A stretch of DNA of 32,000 nucleotides, taken from Mycolicibacterium smegmatis. Its GTDB lineage: Bacteria > Actinomycetota > Actinomycetes > Mycobacteriales > Mycobacteriaceae. Under the pieces are notes generated by a model. It saw only the letters and a list, made by a program, of their open reading frames with translations. It did not search any database and was not told the DNA's origin. The DNA lies in NCBI RefSeq assembly GCF_001457595.1, contig NZ_LN831039.1, forward strand, positions 5,580,001 through 5,612,000. The letters are read 5' to 3'. Of the stretch, positions 8,851-17,050 are shown in pieces (within the stretch, counting starts at the first letter, position 1; the number at the start of each line of letters is the position of its first letter). A program made the position numbers and the translations under genes.

Positions 8851-11265
8851 ATGACAAAGCCAACCCCTCACCGTCTCCAGAAGGCAAAGGCTGCGGCGGT
8901 CACCACTGCCGTCGTCGCAACCACCGCCGCGCTCACCGCCGGTGTCGGTTCGGCAGCCCCGGAGGCACTGTTGGCACACAAGCGCACCATGGAGGCCGAG
9001 GTGGCGTTGACCGCCTCGGTTCCCGGCCTCCCGAACATCCCGGGGTTGGAGGATCTCGACCTCTCCGGTATCCCCAAGCTCGGTGGCGCCTACGCGGTCG
9101 GCCCGGTGTTCTGGGCCGCCGAACTGCTCGGCATCATGCCGATCGATGTCATCAAGGCCGCTGCCGGCCTGCTCGGTGGCAGCGAGGTGGCGGGTCTCGT
9201 CACCGAACTGCTCGACCTGCTCGAATTCCTCTCCCCCGTGGACCTCGGCGTCAAAGGCCCCTGGCCCAGCGATGTCTACAACGCCGTCAACAATCTCGAT
9301 CCCCTGGTGAGTGGTCTGGTCGACATGATCGGGGAACCGATCCAGGCCATCCCGATCGTCGGCCCCATCGTGTGGGAGGCGATCGATGGCATCGTCGAAA
9401 AAATCGTCGACACGGCACCGGTGCTGAACCAGCGGCGTGCGTCCATCTTCTCCGAAAGTCTCGGTGGACTGACCACGTCGCTCGGCTACCGCGACATGAT
9501 CAAGGCCGTGCAGTCCAACGCCGCGGACTGGAAGGAAGGCGTCACCGGCCAGTGGCTGATCTTCTTCAACAACCCCAGCCGCCCCGGTGGTGGATTGTTC
9601 GCTCTCGCAACGCCTATCACCAACCTCTTCGGGCTGAATCTGTCGACCCCACCTGCGGGCAGTTACACGAACGGGGCCGCGAACGGTGGTGACATCACCA
9701 AGGTTCTCAACACCTCGATCCTCGACATCTCCTGGGCGTACAACATCCTCTCGGACGCGCCCACCACGCTGAACCCACTGGCGTGGGCCAACGCCGCTGT
9801 CGGCGCGGTGTTCCTGACGTACCTGCTCCCCAGCACCAAGCCCCAGAACAACATCCTCAGCCATGTCATCCCCGAACTGGCGCTCAGCACGATCGACGGG
9901 CTCAAGACGATCCTCGACGTCACCGGTGGCCAGAGCCTGGAGATGGTGCCCGGGTGGTCCGAGATCGTGAAAGTCGTCGAGAAACTCGACTTGCTGGGCA
10001 TCGGCGTGGACGAGGTTCTCAAGGAGATCGCCAACGTCACCAAGTTCCCGGGTACGGGCAGCTACATCACCTACGATTCCGGCAACCTTCCGCTGCTTGA
10101 GCCGTTCCGGATCATCCCGCGACTGGTGAGTCTCATTCCGGGCGTTCACATTCCGACGCCCTTGACCGACAGTGTCGAAGAGGCGCTGCGGATGATGATC
10201 AACATGGCGTACCAGGACGTCGATCCGTTGACGCTGCAGCGCCAGTACAACATGGCCGGCGATCAGGCGTACTTCTACAAGAACCCGCTCACCCCGACGC
10301 AGCGCCTCGCGGCGCAGAAGCTGATTTTCAACACGCTGCTGGACGGCATCGTGGCCAACGCCCTGACACCGTCCAAGTGGACTCCGACGATCCCGGGCCT
10401 GAACCTCGCCCCGATCTTCGAGAACGACATCACGTACGCGATCGCCGCCGCGTTGACGCAGATCGTGGAAGGCATTCGTGCCGCCGTCAACCCGCTATTC
10501 GGGGCGGTCGAAACGGGGCTCAAGCCGGTCACCGATGCGCTCGACGACATCGAAGGCCAGATCACCGACGCCCTCGACAACGTGTTCGAGGTGAAGGAAC
10601 CCGAGCCCACCACGAGCATCCTGGCCCGCGCCACCGAATCGGAGGACGCAAACAGCCTCGCTCCGCTCGAAGGAGCCCAGCTGCGAACGCTTTTCGTCGC
10701 CAAGGAAGACATCACTCCGGTCCCCGAGGTCACGGAAGTCGAGGGCGAAGAAGTCGAGGGCGAAGAAGTCGAGGGCGAAGAAACGGTCGTCGAGACGGTC
10801 GAAGAAACCAAGGACGCCAAGGACGCCGACGTTTCACCGGCACCCGAGGCCGAGGTCGTGACTCCCAAGGAGCCCACAACCACGCCCGCCGAGAAGAGCC
10901 AGACCGAGACGACGGCATCGGAGCAGACGAAGGAAGCCGCCACCGAGACGACCGCCGACGCGCAGGACGCACCCGCCAAACCGAAGAAGCCGGTGCTCAA
11001 GCGGATCACCGAGTCGTTCAGGGCCACCCCCGGCAAGCACGCCGCCGATGCCAACGACCCGGAGAAGAAGACGGTGCAGGAGACCGTCGAGAAGGTGGCC
11101 GGGGAGACCACCGACGCGACCGACACTCTGACCAAGGCTGCCGAGGACATCAAGGCCAAGTCCAAGACCCGGGCGTCCAGGACGAGCAAGAACAACAACG
11201 ACGAGTCGACGACCTCCACCGCCGCGAGCAGCGAATCTGCTTCCGACGACAAGGCCGCTGCCTAG
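8851..11265 (+). CDS. Large secreted protein, paralog 1 (possible PE-PPE-like domain; acidic, Lys-rich C-terminal tail)
   Basis: SD AAGGCGGAG before ATG; Sec signal MTKPTPHRLQKAKAAAVTTAVVATTAALTAGVGSAA; GQWLIFFNNPSRPGGGLFALATPITNLFG resembles the NPxRPxGG motif of PE-PPE domains (tentative); low-complexity E/T/K tail ending ASDDKAAA. Confidence 0.82.
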   Translation: MTKPTPHRLQKAKAAAVTTAVVATTAALTAGVGSAAPEALLAHKRTMEAEVALTASVPGLPNIPGLEDLDLSGIPKLGGAYAVGPVFWAAELLGIMPIDVIKAAAGLLGGSEVAGLVTELLDLLEFLSPVDLGVKGPWPSDVYNAVNNLDPLVSGLVDMIGEPIQAIPIVGPIVWEAIDGIVEKIVDTAPVLNQRRASIFSESLGGLTTSLGYRDMIKAVQSNAADWKEGVTGQWLIFFNNPSRPGGGLFALATPITNLFGLNLSTPPAGSYTNGAANGGDITKVLNTSILDISWAYNILSDAPTTLNPLAWANAAVGAVFLTYLLPSTKPQNNILSHVIPELALSTIDGLKTILDVTGGQSLEMVPGWSEIVKVVEKLDLLGIGVDEVLKEIANVTKFPGTGSYITYDSGNLPLLEPFRIIPRLVSLIPGVHIPTPLTDSVEEALRMMINMAYQDVDPLTLQRQYNMAGDQAYFYKNPLTPTQRLAAQKLIFNTLLDGIVANALTPSKWTPTIPGLNLAPIFENDITYAIAAALTQIVEGIRAAVNPLFGAVETGLKPVTDALDDIEGQITDALDNVFEVKEPEPTTSILARATESEDANSLAPLEGAQLRTLFVAKEDITPVPEVTEVEGEEVEGEEVEGEETVVETVEETKDAKDADVSPAPEAEVVTPKEPTTTPAEKSQTETTASEQTKEAATETTADAQDAPAKPKKPVLKRITESFRATPGKHAADANDPEKKTVQETVEKVAGETTDATDTLTKAAEDIKAKSKTRASRTSKNNNDESTTSTAASSESASDDKAAA
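10738..10782 (+). repeat. Perfect 15-bp tandem repeat x3 (GTCGAGGGCGAAGAA), encoding (VEGEE)3
   Basis: Direct reading: units 10738-10752, 10753-10767, 10768-10782 are identical; in frame within the acidic linker of paralog 1. Confidence 0.97.
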
Positions 11266-11289
11266 TCACACCACACACCCACCATCGGG

Positions 11290-11331
11290 CGCCGGTGTCC
11301 GTCTCACCCGAGACGGACACCGGCGTCTTTT
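11290..11331 (+). terminator. Rho-independent terminator of paralog 1
   Basis: Perfect 16-bp stem CGCCGGTGTCCGTCTC (11290-11305) - ACCC - GAGACGGACACCGGCG (11310-11325) followed by TCTTTT; 24 bp after the stop codon. Confidence 0.93.
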
Positions 11332-11633
11332 GCGTCGCCACGCTCCCGGCGGGGTGAGCTGCCACTTCAACGTTCGCCTTAGATGCAATGACCGGGCGAC
11401 GGCAACGAGATCCGTGTTTCACCGCGCAACCAAGTACGGCCGGTGACAAGCAGCACCCCACCTTCAAGATCGTTTACATAGGTCAGCTAAATCCGCTGAC
11501 CAGAGACAACCTGAAGCAAAGTCGACATGCGTCAAGACCGGCTGGCTACGAGGACTCAGCTGCGGATTCAGTTGCAATCGCGCATGGATTTACGACGCCG
11601 AAAGTGAATGACAGCAACTTTCGCTGGACCTTC

Positions 11634-11695
11634 GATCTTGTTGCTACAGTGTCTCCGCCTATAACCAAGATCACACACCTAAGGCGGAGCGCTTC
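11634..11695 (+). promoter_or_regulatory. Conserved leader upstream of secreted paralog 2
   Basis: GATCTTG (11634-11640) / CAAGATC (11666-11672) flank TTGCTACAGTGT; followed by ACACACCTAAGGCGGAGCGCTTC-ATG, collinear with 8789-8850. Confidence 0.7.
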
Positions 11696-13873
11696 ATGAC
11701 ACGGCCAACCCCTCCTCGTCTCCAGAAGGCCAAGGCTGCCGCGGTCACCACCGCCGTCGTCGCCACCACCGCCGCGCTCACGGCCGGCGTCGGGTCGGCA
11801 GCCCCGGAGGCGTTGTTGGCGCAGAAGCGCACTGTCGAGGCCGAGGTGGCGCTGGCGGCGTTGCCCAACATCCCTGCCGTCCCCGACATCGTCGGGATCT
11901 ACGGCGTCGGCCCGATTTTCTGGGCCGCCGACCTTCTGGGGCTTACCCCGACAGGGGTGATCCAAGCGGCCGCTGGATTGCTTGGTGGTAGCGAAGTCGC
12001 AGGTGCGGTGACAGATCTGCTGGATCTGCTCGAGCTTCTTTCACCGATCGAGGCTGGGATCAAGGGCCCACTGCCTGGCGACGTGTACGACGCAGTCAAT
12101 GGACTCGATTACTCGACCAACGGCGTAATCGACATGCTCGGGGATCCGATCAGATCGATTCCGCTAGTGGGCAATACGGTCTGGAATGCGATCGACGGCC
12201 TGGTCGAGAAGATCATCAAGGCCGCACCCATCCTGAATCAACGCCGTGCTGTGGTCTTTTCTGAGAGCCTCGGCGGGGTGACTACCTCTTTGGCGTACCG
12301 CGACATGATCAACGCGGTGCGGTCCAACGCCGCAGACTGGGAAGAGGGGGTCACCGGTCAATGGCTGATCTTCTTCAACAACCCGAGCCGACCCGGTGGT
12401 GGATTATTCGCTCTCGCAACACCCTTCACCAATCAGTTCGGTCTTAGTTTGTCAACGCCGCCAGCGGGTAGCTACACCAACGAAGACGAAAACAACGGCA
12501 AGATCACCAAAGTCCTCAACACGTCGATCTTGGACGTCACGTGGGCTTACAACATCCTGTCCGATGCACCAACAACGGCGAATCCGTTAGCGTGGGCGAA
12601 TGCCGCGACCGGCGCAGTTTTCCTGACGTACCTGTTGCCGAACGAAGGCAACAACATCCTCAACCACGTGGCACCCCTCCTCCTCGTAGGGGTGCTCGAC
12701 GGCGCGAAAGTGATGATCGACCCGACGGGTGGCCAGGGACTCGATATGGTCCCGGGCTGGACGGAACTCGTCACCGCGATCAGCAAATTGCCGCTGCTCG
12801 GCCGAAAGTTGGCGGACGTACTGGATGACGTCTCCGGCGCCACCAAGTTCCCCGGCACCGGCACCTACATCACCTATGACTCAGGCAATCTCCCGCTGCT
12901 TGAGCCGTTCCGGGTGATGCCGCATCTGCTCAATCTCATTCCGGGGACGAACATCCCGACACCGTTGACCGACAGCATCGAAGATGCCCTTCGAATGATG
13001 GTCAACATGGGGTACCAGGATGTGGATCCCGACACGCTTGAGCGTGGCTTCGACATGGCCGATCAGCAGGCCTACTTCTACGACAACCCGTTGACCCCCA
13101 CGCAGCAGCTTGCCGCGCAGCAGAAGATCTTCAATGCGCTCGTCGACGGCATCCAAGAGCACGCACTGAATCCGGCGGCTTGGACTCCCTCAATTTCCGT
13201 CCCGGGTATCGATTTCCAGCCGATCGTCCAGAATGCGGCCTCGGTTGCGCTCATGGCTGCGCTCCGAGATGCCTTGGAGGGCTTCCAGGATGCCGCCAAT
13301 CCTGCCTTCACCGCGGTCCGAACCGGCCTCGCTCCGGTCACCAAGGTGCTCGATGACATCGATGAGCAGGTCACCAAGGCCCTCGATTCTCGGTTCAAGG
13401 TGACCGAACCGAAGCCGACCGAAGGCAGCCCGCTCAACCTGAACCAGCGCTCCGCCCCGTCGATCACCAACTTCTCGTCCGATGACGCCGAACTCCGCAC
13501 CATCACGGTTACCAAGGAAGACATCGAGCCTGTCGCCGAGAAGGCCGAAGAGCCCGTCGGTGAACAGGATTCGCAGAAGGACTCCGAGAAGAAGGACGCC
13601 AAGAAGCAGCCTCGGGGGCTCAAAAAGGTCACCGAGTCGTTCAAGGCCACACCGGGCAAGCATGCCCTGGACGCGAACAACCCGGTGAAGAAGTCGGTGC
13701 AGGAGACCGTCGAGAAGGTCAACGCCGGTGTCACCGACGCCGTGAAGAACCTGGAGAAGGCGGCCAAGGACGCGAAAGCCAAGGCGAAGGCCAAGGCCTC
13801 AGCGTCGAAGGACTCGGACAAGAAGTCCGGCGGCGCCGATAGCGAAGCCTCCGACGACAAAGCCGCGGCCTGA
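11696..13873 (+). CDS. Large secreted protein, paralog 2
   Basis: Signal peptide and long stretches match paralog 1 (RLQKAKAAAVTTAVVATTAALTAGVGSAAPEALLA; LNQRRAVVFSESLGGVTTSLAYRDMI; GQWLIFFNNPSRPGGGLFALATPFTNQFG), with the same C-terminal layout TESFKATPGKHALDAN...SDDKAAA. Confidence 0.85.
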   Translation: MTRPTPPRLQKAKAAAVTTAVVATTAALTAGVGSAAPEALLAQKRTVEAEVALAALPNIPAVPDIVGIYGVGPIFWAADLLGLTPTGVIQAAAGLLGGSEVAGAVTDLLDLLELLSPIEAGIKGPLPGDVYDAVNGLDYSTNGVIDMLGDPIRSIPLVGNTVWNAIDGLVEKIIKAAPILNQRRAVVFSESLGGVTTSLAYRDMINAVRSNAADWEEGVTGQWLIFFNNPSRPGGGLFALATPFTNQFGLSLSTPPAGSYTNEDENNGKITKVLNTSILDVTWAYNILSDAPTTANPLAWANAATGAVFLTYLLPNEGNNILNHVAPLLLVGVLDGAKVMIDPTGGQGLDMVPGWTELVTAISKLPLLGRKLADVLDDVSGATKFPGTGTYITYDSGNLPLLEPFRVMPHLLNLIPGTNIPTPLTDSIEDALRMMVNMGYQDVDPDTLERGFDMADQQAYFYDNPLTPTQQLAAQQKIFNALVDGIQEHALNPAAWTPSISVPGIDFQPIVQNAASVALMAALRDALEGFQDAANPAFTAVRTGLAPVTKVLDDIDEQVTKALDSRFKVTEPKPTEGSPLNLNQRSAPSITNFSSDDAELRTITVTKEDIEPVAEKAEEPVGEQDSQKDSEKKDAKKQPRGLKKVTESFKATPGKHALDANNPVKKSVQETVEKVNAGVTDAVKNLEKAAKDAKAKAKAKASASKDSDKKSGGADSEASDDKAAA

Positions 13874-14011
13874 TAGGCACGTTCCACGTGCGGCCGGCGA
13901 CAGAAGGAGCCGGCCCCGCGGACACATCGATAGGTCGCATCACGGTCGTGTCTCGCGCGAAGGAGCCGCCCGCTGGTGCGCGATAAGCTCCCTTCACCAG
14001 GAGGGGGTTCC

Positions 14012-14074
14012 ATGAACTTGACGGGAAAGGCACCAGGGCTACTCGACGACTACGGCGATTACACCGTCAGTTGA
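14012..14074 (+). CDS. Putative 20-aa short ORF (MNLTGKAPGLLDDYGDYTVS), possible coupling leader
   Basis: ATG preceded by a strong purine-rich SD (aGGAGGGGGttcc); its TGA (14072-14074) overlaps the TTG start at 14071 of the next gene. Confidence 0.4.
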   Translation: MNLTGKAPGLLDDYGDYTVS

Positions 14075-15486
14075 GACCTGCCCCGCATGAGAGGCCAGCG
14101 GCCCATCCACACAGGAAGCGCATACGTATTGCGATCGTCGTTGGCACTGTTCTCACCATTCTTGTCGCAGTAGGCATTTGGTCACAGCGCGGCCATCGCC
14201 TGAGCACAACCATGCCGCAATGGGAACCGGCGTCCGGCGCCTTTCTGTCCTCACCCATGCACGAGACGCCTGTCACTGGGTGGCGGAGCACCTCGCCACG
14301 ATGGGGGCTCACAGACCCGACAGCTCACCTAGCATCGATTGACATCCGGAGGGGCACCCGGCCGTTCGTCGGCGCCATCGATAAGAACGCCTACTTCATC
14401 GCGACAACTTCTGCTGCGCCTGAGCCTGTTTGGTGGCTGATCGCCGTGGACACCCTGACCGGCGACAGCTTGTTCCCTGCCGTCAGCCTGGGTTCAGGAG
14501 TTCGGTCACCGAAATGCTTCCTCAATGGAGGTGAGCAGGTGCTGTGCCTCCGGGAGCATGATGATTCCTCAGTCACTGCCTCGGTGGTGGATTCTCGAAC
14601 CGGCGCCGTGACGTTCGAAGGTGCCACCGATCTCCGCACTGGCATGGGCAGACTCGAAGTCCACCAAGTCGGCATGTACGCCGTGGCCAGAACACAGGAC
14701 CAAGGCGTGTACGGCATCGGACCGAGGGCCGAGACGACATGGTTTGTGCCCGGTGACGGATCGATCCAGGTGAACGATCTCACGCAGTTCGGACTTCCAC
14801 CGCAAGAGATAACCACACAGGGACATCGCAATCCTCGTCTATGGAGCACGACTGTGTTCTCGGTCAAGGACGGCAAGGTGCTCCACGACGGATCGACGGA
14901 GAGCGACCGGCTCGAGAAAACCCTGGTGTATCCCGGCGGTTTCGCCGCTCACGTCGACAGGAATGACGACGACCTGGGCGTGCAGTTCTTCGACAGCACG
15001 GGTAATAGGGTCGGCGATTCCGTTCGAGACGGTTCATTGCCGGACGGCACGCCGGGGCTGCCCATCGTCACCTCGGACGGGGAGTACTCCGTTTTCTCGG
15101 TCGACGGTCGTCGGCTGTTCAACATTCCGCGAGGCGCGCTGTACATCGTGGACTCCACGCTTTACGTCAATGCATCCGGAAGCCAGGCGTTTCCGGAGTG
15201 GCAGCAGTACGACCTCCCCTCAGGCAAGACAGGGCCCGTTTGCGACTTCGCGATGCAGAACTTCATCGGGTTCAACTACACAACGATGCTGTTCGCGCCA
15301 AACATGCCCAACTCGCAGGTGCTGCTCAGCGCCTACGACAAGAACACCTGCGAACGCCTGTGGAAGATGCCCTCCTCCGGCGCAGACGAGAGAGTGTGGC
15401 GCGTCGGCGACACACTGATCCGCTCGTCAGGAGACGGTACGGAACTGACGTCGCTGGCAGCTCCTGGGGAGGCGCCCCCGCGGTAG
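14071..15486 (+). CDS. Membrane-anchored, mostly extracytoplasmic protein of unknown function, possibly beta-propeller-like
   Basis: N-terminal TM IRIAIVVGTVLTILVAVGIW; repeated short beta-rich motifs (WWLIAVDTLTGDSLFPAVSL, ASVVDSRTGAVTFEG, LYIVDSTLYVN). Apparent TTG start; the TM lies upstream of any in-frame ATG. Confidence 0.65.
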   Translation: MRPAPHERPAAHPHRKRIRIAIVVGTVLTILVAVGIWSQRGHRLSTTMPQWEPASGAFLSSPMHETPVTGWRSTSPRWGLTDPTAHLASIDIRRGTRPFVGAIDKNAYFIATTSAAPEPVWWLIAVDTLTGDSLFPAVSLGSGVRSPKCFLNGGEQVLCLREHDDSSVTASVVDSRTGAVTFEGATDLRTGMGRLEVHQVGMYAVARTQDQGVYGIGPRAETTWFVPGDGSIQVNDLTQFGLPPQEITTQGHRNPRLWSTTVFSVKDGKVLHDGSTESDRLEKTLVYPGGFAAHVDRNDDDLGVQFFDSTGNRVGDSVRDGSLPDGTPGLPIVTSDGEYSVFSVDGRRLFNIPRGALYIVDSTLYVNASGSQAFPEWQQYDLPSGKTGPVCDFAMQNFIGFNYTTMLFAPNMPNSQVLLSAYDKNTCERLWKMPSSGADERVWRVGDTLIRSSGDGTELTSLAAPGEAPPR

Positions 15487-15538
15487 GCCCGCTCCCGACC
15501 ACCTGACAGCCTCCGCACGCGTCGGTAGCGTGTCGCCT

Positions 15539-16300
15539 ATGCCTCGCAGCGTGCTCGTCACCGGAGCGACCGGCACTCTGGGCCACCATGTGGTTCCGGA
15601 GGCGACGCAAGCGGGTCACGCGGTCAGAGCGCTCAGCCGGCGCCCACGCGTCGGCTACACCGGGGTCCACTGGCAGCAGGGCGACCTGTCAGATGCGGGG
15701 ACGTTGGACGCCGCCCTCGACGGGATCGACACGGTGGTGCACTGCGCCACCCAGCCGACCGGCGACAAAGACATCGTTGCTGCGCGGAACCTCACCAACG
15801 CCGTCCGGCGCAACAACGTCGGGCATCTCATCTATGTCTCGATCGTCGGCATCGACAAGATCCCGTTGCCCTACTACCGCACCAAGTTGCGAGTGGAACA
15901 ACTGCTGGCCGACTCGGGCGTCCCGCACACCATTCAGCGCGCCACACAGTTCCACGAGCTAATAAAAAAGATATTCGACATACAACGCTTCTCGCCGGTT
16001 TTGGTGGCGCTGCGGGACGTGCGGTTCCAGCCGATCGACACGCGCGACGTCGCGTCACGCCTCGTCGAGTTAATCGATCAAGAGCCTGGCGGACGGGTCA
16101 CCGACATGGGTGGACCGGAGGTCGTCGAACACCCGGATTTGGCACAGATGTATCTCGCAGCACACAGCAGCAGGCGTCGCGTGGTCAGATTCACGCCGCC
16201 CGGCCGCATCGCTGCGGGTTACAGGTCTGGAGCGCATCTGACCCCGGATAACGCGGTCGGAACGGTAACTTTCCAGCAATACCTGGCTTCAGGTACATAA
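15539..16300 (+). CDS. NAD(P)-binding Rossmann (NmrA/atypical SDR) protein
   Basis: N-terminal VLVTGATGTLGHHVV nucleotide-binding motif; DGIDTVVHCA; HLIYVSIVGIDKIPLPYYRTKLRVEQLL. Confidence 0.85.
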   Translation: MPRSVLVTGATGTLGHHVVPEATQAGHAVRALSRRPRVGYTGVHWQQGDLSDAGTLDAALDGIDTVVHCATQPTGDKDIVAARNLTNAVRRNNVGHLIYVSIVGIDKIPLPYYRTKLRVEQLLADSGVPHTIQRATQFHELIKKIFDIQRFSPVLVALRDVRFQPIDTRDVASRLVELIDQEPGGRVTDMGGPEVVEHPDLAQMYLAAHSSRRRVVRFTPPGRIAAGYRSGAHLTPDNAVGTVTFQQYLASGT

Positions 16301-16359
16301 ACTTTGGCCGCCTACCGGATTCGCTCTCAGATCGAAAAGGCACACTTTTACATAGGCTC

Positions 16360-16387
16360 TTGCATGTATGGCGGATAGTCGTAGGCT
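16360..16387 (+). promoter_or_regulatory. Candidate SigA-type promoter giving a leaderless mRNA
   Basis: TTGCAT (16360-16365), 16-bp spacer, TAGGCT (16382-16387), then 8 nt to the ATG at 16396. Confidence 0.45.
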
Positions 16388-16395
16388 CAACACTG

Positions 16396-16980
16396 ATGAG
16401 CACCTCAGCGCCGCAAAACGGGTCGATGCGCGCTGCCGACACCGATCGCATTCAGGTGGCGCAGCAGCTCACTGATGCCGCCGCGTCGGGCCGCCTCCCG
16501 ATGGACGAGTACGAGGACCGCCTGGCAAAGGCCTACACCGCCGAGACCCGTAACGAACTAGCCCGCCTCAGCTCCGACCTGGCCGGGGCCGCCACCTACC
16601 TCAACGCCGGCTGCCGGCCCGCGCCGTCGACCACGCTGCTGGGTCTGATGAGCGGCTTCGAGCGCCGTGGCCGCTGGAACGTGCCGAAGAAGTTGACAAC
16701 GTTTGCTCTTTTCGGCGGCGGAGTGATCGATCTGCGGTACGCCGATTTCACGTCGGCCGACGTCGACATCCGCTGTTACTCGATCTTCGGTGGGCAGACC
16801 ATCCTGGTGCCGCCCGAGGTCAACGTCGACTGTCATGGCATCGGCATCATGGGCAACTTCGACCGCCACGTTCACGGTGAAGGTGTGCCCGGCGCACCGC
16901 GTGTCCACATCCGCGGTTTCTCGGTCGGCGGCACCGTCAGCGTCAAGCGCAAGCATCGCCGCAAGCCTCACGAGAACTGA
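16396..16980 (+). CDS. DUF1707 domain protein with C-terminal LiaF-like cell-wall-active domain
   Basis: MRAADTDRIQVAQQLTDAAASGRLPMDEYEDRLAKAYTAETRNELARLSSDL is the DUF1707 signature; the following VDLRYADFTSADVDIRCYSIFGGQTILVPPEVNV-like segment is LiaF/DUF2154-like. Confidence 0.82.
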   Translation: MSTSAPQNGSMRAADTDRIQVAQQLTDAAASGRLPMDEYEDRLAKAYTAETRNELARLSSDLAGAATYLNAGCRPAPSTTLLGLMSGFERRGRWNVPKKLTTFALFGGGVIDLRYADFTSADVDIRCYSIFGGQTILVPPEVNVDCHGIGIMGNFDRHVHGEGVPGAPRVHIRGFSVGGTVSVKRKHRRKPHEN

Positions 16981-17050
16981 GACCCTCAAACCGAGCCCAC
17001 CGAATGGCTCCTGCCACACCCAGATTGGTTATCGGTGAGCACTTCTCGAC

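Noticed and set aside
8827-10149. 440-aa minus-strand ORF opposite secreted paralog 1 (and 6127-7569 opposite mscS)
   Set aside because: Antisense to genes with signal peptide, SD and terminator or strong domain support.
10738-10782. Tandem repeats considered as a CRISPR-like array
   Set aside because: Contiguous 15-bp in-frame coding repeats without spacers; no cas genes in the window.
13892-13915. GGCCGGC-N10-GCCGGCC hairpin after paralog 2 as a terminator
   Set aside because: Short stem, no T-tract, and such GC-only palindromes are common by chance in this genome; not strong enough to call.
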